DNA of 12,174 nucleotides from a virus (Duplodnaviria; Heunggongvirae; Uroviricota; Caudoviricetes): IMG/VR virus record IMGVR_UViG_2562617113_000010; one strand, 5' to 3'. Shown piece by piece: positions 8,674 to 12,174 of this stretch (position 1 is its first letter; each line of letters starts with the position of its first letter). The notes under the pieces were generated by a model. It saw only the letters and a program-made list of their open reading frames with translations, ran no database searches and was not told where the DNA came from. The position numbers and the translations under genes were made by a program.

Positions 8674-9845
8674 TTACGCGCTGACCTGGCTGGAGAAATT
8701 AACCAGGTACTGATCGGTGATGCGCTGACGCAGCATCAGGTTTTCAAGTGGCGGCACTGGCGTGTAGTCGTAGTCGATGGTGAGCTTCCCGGCTTTCAGC
8801 GTGTCTTTGTCGTTCACCGACTCATCCAGCCAGCAATCACCACCAATGAGATAGCCCTGACTGACCAGGCTGCGTATTTTGGCGCGGATACCTCGATAAT
8901 GTCGCGGGCCAGCGACGGGTTAAGCGGTTTATCCACCGCCCACATGTGTGCTTCTGCCATCGTGTCCATGAGCACCTGCGCCGTGCGGGTGTAGTTTTCG
9001 AAGGCAAAGAGTGGGTCATCACTCAGGCAGCGGGAACCCCAGAAGCGGAAGCCGTCTTTACGCACAAGTGTGGTGACGTCGTTCTGGTTCAGCAGACCTG
9101 CATCGGTTGCCGGGTCCTGCAGATCCCAGAACACATCTGCAGAAACTCCGGTGACACCGTTCACGCCCACGTTGGACAGGCTTTTGTGCCACCCGGTCTG
9201 CTCATCAATTTTGGCGCGCAGACCGAGCGCACGAGCGGTGGCATATGCCGTTGCTTCGGCATTCAGCACCGTGTCCCAGCCAGTAAAGTCAGGCCAGATC
9301 AGCATCCCTTCGCGCTGGCTGAAGTTTTCTCGGTAAGTGATCGCCTCCTGCACTGTTTTGCAGCCATACGCTGACAGGTAAGCAAACCCACGCAGGCTTT
9401 GCGCCACGCTCAGCAACTCAGTCGCAACGGCTTTGTTATCGTGACCTGGCACGCCGAGAATGCGCGGTTTAACGCCGAGCTGTGACTGGGCAGATAACAG
9501 AGCTTTCATGCCAGTTTTTTTACCTTCAGCAGTCACTGCGCCGATGATATTGGTCGTGGTTTCTTCTTCCGTTTCACCCTGCGGCACACGCACAACAACG
9601 GTCACGGGTTTTGCCTGGTCAGCGATGGCATCCAGCGAACGGGCCAGCGTGCCGGACTCACCCGCTTTACCGCTGGCAGTCAGCACATCAGTGATCAGCA
9701 CGGGTTTATTAAGAGGAAACATTTTTGCATCGGCATCATCGCCCGTGCAGACCATACCCACGATGGCGGTGCTCACCGTGGTAATGGATCGGGTGCCTTC
9801 GTTGACTTCAACAACGCGCACTCCGTGGTGGTAATCCTGAGCCAT
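8674..9845 (-). pseudogene. FI: Tail sheath protein FI, interrupted by a 1-nt frameshift near 8890-8894 (genuine pseudogene or homopolymer sequencing error)
   Basis: ATG at 9843-9845 opens a 343-aa ORF that is sheath-like up to ...LARDIIE and then runs into unrelated sequence with a stop at 8814. A second frame open from 8919 to 8677 encodes [72 protein letters not shown], matching the recalled P2 FI C-terminus (..[35 protein letters not shown]..), and stops 9 bp before the FII start. The frames join if plus-strand CC at 8891-8892 is read as CCC, giving about 392 aa. Confidence 0.75.
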
Positions 9846-9921
9846 AGTGGCGAACCTCCTGATTGGATTAGGCTTCGCCCTATGTTGAAGTGATTGTGCC
9901 TGACAAACAGCTAAGCGCAGT

Positions 9922-9939
9922 TGTGTCGTTATTCACACA
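9922..9939 (-). promoter_or_regulatory. Candidate Ogr-dependent late promoter element (TGT-N12-ACA dyad) upstream of FI
   Basis: TGT gtcgttattcac ACA at 9922-9939. Its centre lies about 85 bp upstream of the FI ATG, which fits the -55 position recalled for the Ogr site in P2 late promoters if the transcription start is about 30 nt upstream of FI. The -10 region is weak (CAACAT). Confidence 0.35.
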
Positions 9940-9987
9940 AAATAACGGTATTTGTCCGCTTACAGGAAAAATCAAAATAATGCTGAC

Positions 9988-10554
9988 TCAGGGCGATTCA
10001 TTGCTCTTATTTGCCGGAAATTTTCTATAAATGGTAGAAACGCCCACATCAAAAATCAGTGCAATACGCTGTCTTGATTCTCCGGCTTCGAGTAAACGTC
10101 CAATCTGTGCCCACTGTTCGGTAGTCAACTTAGGACGGCGTCCACCTACTCTGCCTTTAGCACGAGCTGCAGCAAGCCCCGCCCTGGTACGTTCAACTAT
10201 CAGTTCGCGTTCCATTTCAGCCAGGGCACCCATGACATGAAAAAAGAAACGGCCCATTGGGGTACTGGTATCAATACTGTCAGTCAGACTTCGGAAATTC
10301 ACGCCGCGCTGGCGCAACTCTTCTATCAGCGTAACAAGATGCCGCATACTGCGCCCCAACCTGTCCAGCTTCCAGACAACCAGTGTGTCACCTGCCGATA
10401 GTGTCCTGAGCAGTTTTTTAAGCCCCGGTCTGTCGGACTTAGTACCACTGATTTTGTCCTCAAAAATCCGCTCACATCCCGCGCAGTTCAGTGCATTACG
10501 TTGCAAATCGGTGTTCTGGTCATTTGTTGACACGCGTACATAGCCAATAAGCAT
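9988..10554 (-). CDS. Serine-recombinase DNA invertase (Hin/Gin/Cin/Pin family)
   Basis: Product MLIGYVRVSTNDQNTDLQRNAL...VVWKLDRLGRS...GRFFFHVMGALAEMERELI..., closely resembling e14 Pin and Mu Gin as recalled. The first Ser of VRVST is the presumed catalytic serine. Start placed at ATG 10552-10554 with AGGGGA 7 nt upstream; the ORF track begins two codons earlier at a TTG. Confidence 0.9.
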   Translation of the reverse strand: MLIGYVRVSTNDQNTDLQRNALNCAGCERIFEDKISGTKSDRPGLKKLLRTLSAGDTLVVWKLDRLGRSMRHLVTLIEELRQRGVNFRSLTDSIDTSTPMGRFFFHVMGALAEMERELIVERTRAGLAAARAKGRVGGRRPKLTTEQWAQIGRLLEAGESRQRIALIFDVGVSTIYRKFPANKSNESP

Positions 10555-10609
10555 GATCAATCCCCTGAATAAAAACCGGGGATGATGCCAGTTAGCCGTT
10601 ATCTCTGCA

Positions 10610-10635
10610 TTTTCATAAACGTTGGTTTGGGAGAA
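10610..10635. other. 26-bp invertase crossover site (gix/hix/cix-like), proximal end of the invertible segment
   Basis: TTTTCATAAACG TT GGTTTGGGAGAA: two imperfect 12-bp inverted half-sites around a 2-bp core, matching the recalled family pattern (TTnTCnnAAACC nn GGTTTnnGAnAA). Lies about 55 bp upstream of the invertase start and within the reading frame of the silent fibre cassette. Confidence 0.7.
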
Positions 10636-10968
10636 GCGGCAAAAATGTCTGCCGCTGCACTTGTCATTAACGGTAATACGTTGACAGCAAAAATCCCGGT
10701 AGTTATTAACGGCGTTAACAGGGAGTTAATTATTCAGGCATCTCAGATATCCAGCTCAGCAAGCAATGGTGTTATTACCTTCCCATCCGCATTTCCAAAT
10801 GCGTGTATTGCGATTTTTGCGCATGACTTTGCGACAGCGTCTACGGATTTATCGAATGTTCGGTTCTATATGCCAGGAAGAACATCTGCATCATGGACAG
10901 GGCAAAATATGAGTACAGGCAGTGAATCATCACCTGCAACATGGTGTTGGCTGGCAATTGGCTGGTAA
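10636..10968 (+). CDS. Silent alternative tail-fibre C-terminal cassette (Sv'-like), no start codon of its own
   Basis: Frame open through the crossover site to TAA at 10966-10968, encoding ...AAALVINGNTLTAKIPVVINGVNRELIIQ...ATWCWLAIGW*. The C-terminal W-x-A-[VI]-G motif is shared with the minus-strand fibre end (..CWWAVGE*). The ORF-track Met at 10582 is upstream of the site and unlikely to be a real start. Confidence 0.6.
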   Translation, partial: AAKMSAAALVINGNTLTAKIPVVINGVNRELIIQASQISSSASNGVITFPSAFPNACIAIFAHDFATASTDLSNVRFYMPGRTSASWTGQNMSTGSESSPATWCWLAIGW

Positions 10969-10980
10969 ATGGAGAAAACA

Positions 10981-11388
10981 ATGAAATATTTTACATCTGC
11001 TCCGATTGCTCTTTATAACTCCGATATATCCTCTTATATACCCGGTGACGGAGTAGAAATCAGTGATGAAGTATATGACGCACTTATTGCTGGTCAGGAG
11101 GCAGGAAAGAATATTACGGCAGACAGTAACGGACTGCCTGTACTGGCAGAACCCGCACAACCAACTCATGATGAATTGGTTGCAGCATCTGAATTAATGA
11201 AACAGCATCTGATTGATGCTGCTATGGCTTCCATCAGTCTGATTCAGCTGAAATTGCAGGCCGGACGTAAACTGACGCAGGCAGAAACAACCCGCCTTAA
11301 CGCTGTGCTGGATTACATTGACGCGGTGACAGCTACTGATACCAGCACCGCGCCAGATGTCATCTGGCCTGAACTGCCGGAGGCGTAG
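10981..11388 (+). CDS. Tail-fibre assembly protein (Tfa/gpU'-like), silent-orientation copy
   Basis: 135-aa ORF from the ATG at 10981, with GGAG 6 nt upstream. Directly follows the silent fibre cassette and ends ..DTSTAPDVIWPELPEA, resembling the other copy's C-terminus. Confidence 0.75.
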   Translation: MKYFTSAPIALYNSDISSYIPGDGVEISDEVYDALIAGQEAGKNITADSNGLPVLAEPAQPTHDELVAASELMKQHLIDAAMASISLIQLKLQAGRKLTQAETTRLNAVLDYIDAVTATDTSTAPDVIWPELPEA

Positions 11389-11803
11389 GCCATTCAGTAT
11401 CTGGCGCACCGGAAGTATCGACCAGCTCCAGTGCGTCCAGATAATCCAGCCACAAATTATATTGCGCCAGTTCATCACCTTTCAGACGACCAATAGCGGC
11501 TTTACCGGGCCATTGCTTACTGTTCATGTATTCGTTGGCCTGGTTAATTAGTAGCTGTCTTTCTGATTCAGTAATTTCAATAAGTTCTTCATTCGTGGGT
11601 GGAGGAATATCTGCCCACGCAGGCAGCCCATCATCTCCGGCAATACGGATTTTTCCTTGTGGCGGTTCAGCCATAAACTCACTGACAATATTTTGATTCA
11701 CTTCTTTCACATCTGATAAAACCCATCCCTCTGATTTATATTTATCAATCATATCCACAGGGAAAAAAGCATTATGTCTGGCACTATAAACATATTTGTT
11801 CAT
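11360..11803 (-). CDS. Tail-fibre assembly protein (Tfa/P2 gpG/Mu U-like), expressed orientation
   Basis: 147-aa ORF from the ATG at 11801-11803 (MNKYVYSARHNAFFP...), with GGGTGA upstream, directly after the fibre stop at 11824. C-terminus ..DTSGAPDTEWPTPPAVQAR. The ORF-track start at 11845 is a TTG overlapping the upstream gene. Confidence 0.75.
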   Translation of the reverse strand: MNKYVYSARHNAFFPVDMIDKYKSEGWVLSDVKEVNQNIVSEFMAEPPQGKIRIAGDDGLPAWADIPPPTNEELIEITESERQLLINQANEYMNSKQWPGKAAIGRLKGDELAQYNLWLDYLDALELVDTSGAPDTEWPTPPAVQAR

Positions 11804-11823
11804 ATAAATCACCCTGAATAAAA

Positions 11824-12174
11824 TTACTCGCCAACAGCCCACCAACAGTAATTCATGGTAACAGTTGGACTTGTCGAGGTTGTTCTAAAGGCAGAATAAA
11901 ACCCTGTTAACCCTGGCTCTTCAGTTGTCATCATAAAACCACGACCACTCCCGGCAGTTGAACCACCATCACCAGAATGTGAAAGCAAGGCAATATCAGC
12001 TTTTTTAGGGAAAGGTATATTAAATTCTACCCGTAGTGTCTGACTCGCAAGCGTAGGAGACACACGCCCACGACCATATTGCAGGATTTTCCCGTTGGGT
12101 AATTTCATCCATCCATCACCACTGGCAAAAGAGGCCATGTCCGGTATCTGATTTTCCCCTGTTCCCACATTTCG
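11824..12174 (-). CDS. Tail-fibre protein, C-terminal variable region in expressed orientation (5' part beyond window)
   Basis: Frame open to the window edge, stop TAA at 11824-11826. Encodes ...GDGWMKLPNGKILQYGRGRV...TVTMNYCWWAVGE*, Gly/Ser/Thr-rich as in fibre tips, co-oriented with and immediately upstream of the assembly gene. Confidence 0.65.
   Translation of the reverse strand, partial: RNVGTGENQIPDMASFASGDGWMKLPNGKILQYGRGRVSPTLASQTLRVEFNIPFPKKADIALLSHSGDGGSTAGSGRGFMMTTEEPGLTGFYSAFRTTSTSPTVTMNYCWWAVGE

Larger units (their letters stand above)
2621..12174. mobile_element. P2-like prophage, int-distal arm: ogr, tail module and invertible tail-fibre region; continues beyond window end
   Basis: Gene order ogr-D-U-T-E'/E-FII-FI on one strand matches the phage P2 late tail operon followed by ogr. 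Host genes lie directly adjacent at the ogr end, as expected for the attR side of an integrated P2-type prophage. The left boundary is approximate (between 2465 and 2699). Confidence 0.8.

Noticed and set aside
8170-9834. Plus-strand ORFs antisense to FII and FI (8170..8646, 8417..8713, 8946..9374, 9070..9336, 9460..9834) and minus-strand 8280..8561 and 8837..9022
   Set aside because: Alternative frames of conserved tail tube and sheath genes. The 8837..9022 ORF is the third frame of FI and is not the frame that restores the sheath C-terminus.
9988-10635. A novel defence or moron cargo at the Z/fun-equivalent slot between tail fibre and FI
   Set aside because: The slot is fully occupied by the invertase and its crossover site, and no extra ORF of unknown function is present. 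The P2 tin/old hotspot region is not in this window.
1-12174. CRISPR arrays, tRNA or rRNA genes, insertion sequences
   Set aside because: No regularly spaced direct repeats, no tRNA-like cloverleaf candidates adjacent to the prophage junction, and no transposase-like ORFs or terminal inverted repeats were seen.

Overview
The window contains an Enterobacteriaceae (E. coli-like) chromosomal segment, grxA 3' end, ybjM and ybjL, followed from about 2.6 kb by the int-distal arm of an integrated P2-like (Peduovirus-type) prophage. All phage genes are on the minus strand in the conserved P2 order: ogr, D, U, T (tape measure), E and E+E' (programmed -1 frameshift), FII (tail tube), FI (tail sheath), then a Pin/Gin/Cin-family serine DNA invertase and an invertible tail-fibre cassette region that runs off the window. 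The cassette region holds a 26-bp hix/gix-like crossover site, a silent fibre C-terminus plus tail-fibre assembly gene on the plus strand, and the expressed fibre C-terminus plus assembly gene on the minus strand. Two genes, the tail sheath FI and host grxA, each appear to carry a single-base indel in a homopolymer run, which points to sequencing error or real pseudogenisation. I did not find a convincing undescribed system: every sizeable ORF is explained by host genes or the P2-like tail module, and the slot that holds Z/fun cargo in P2 is occupied here by the invertase. Protein identities rest on recalled similarity to P2, Mu and e14 proteins, not on a database search.
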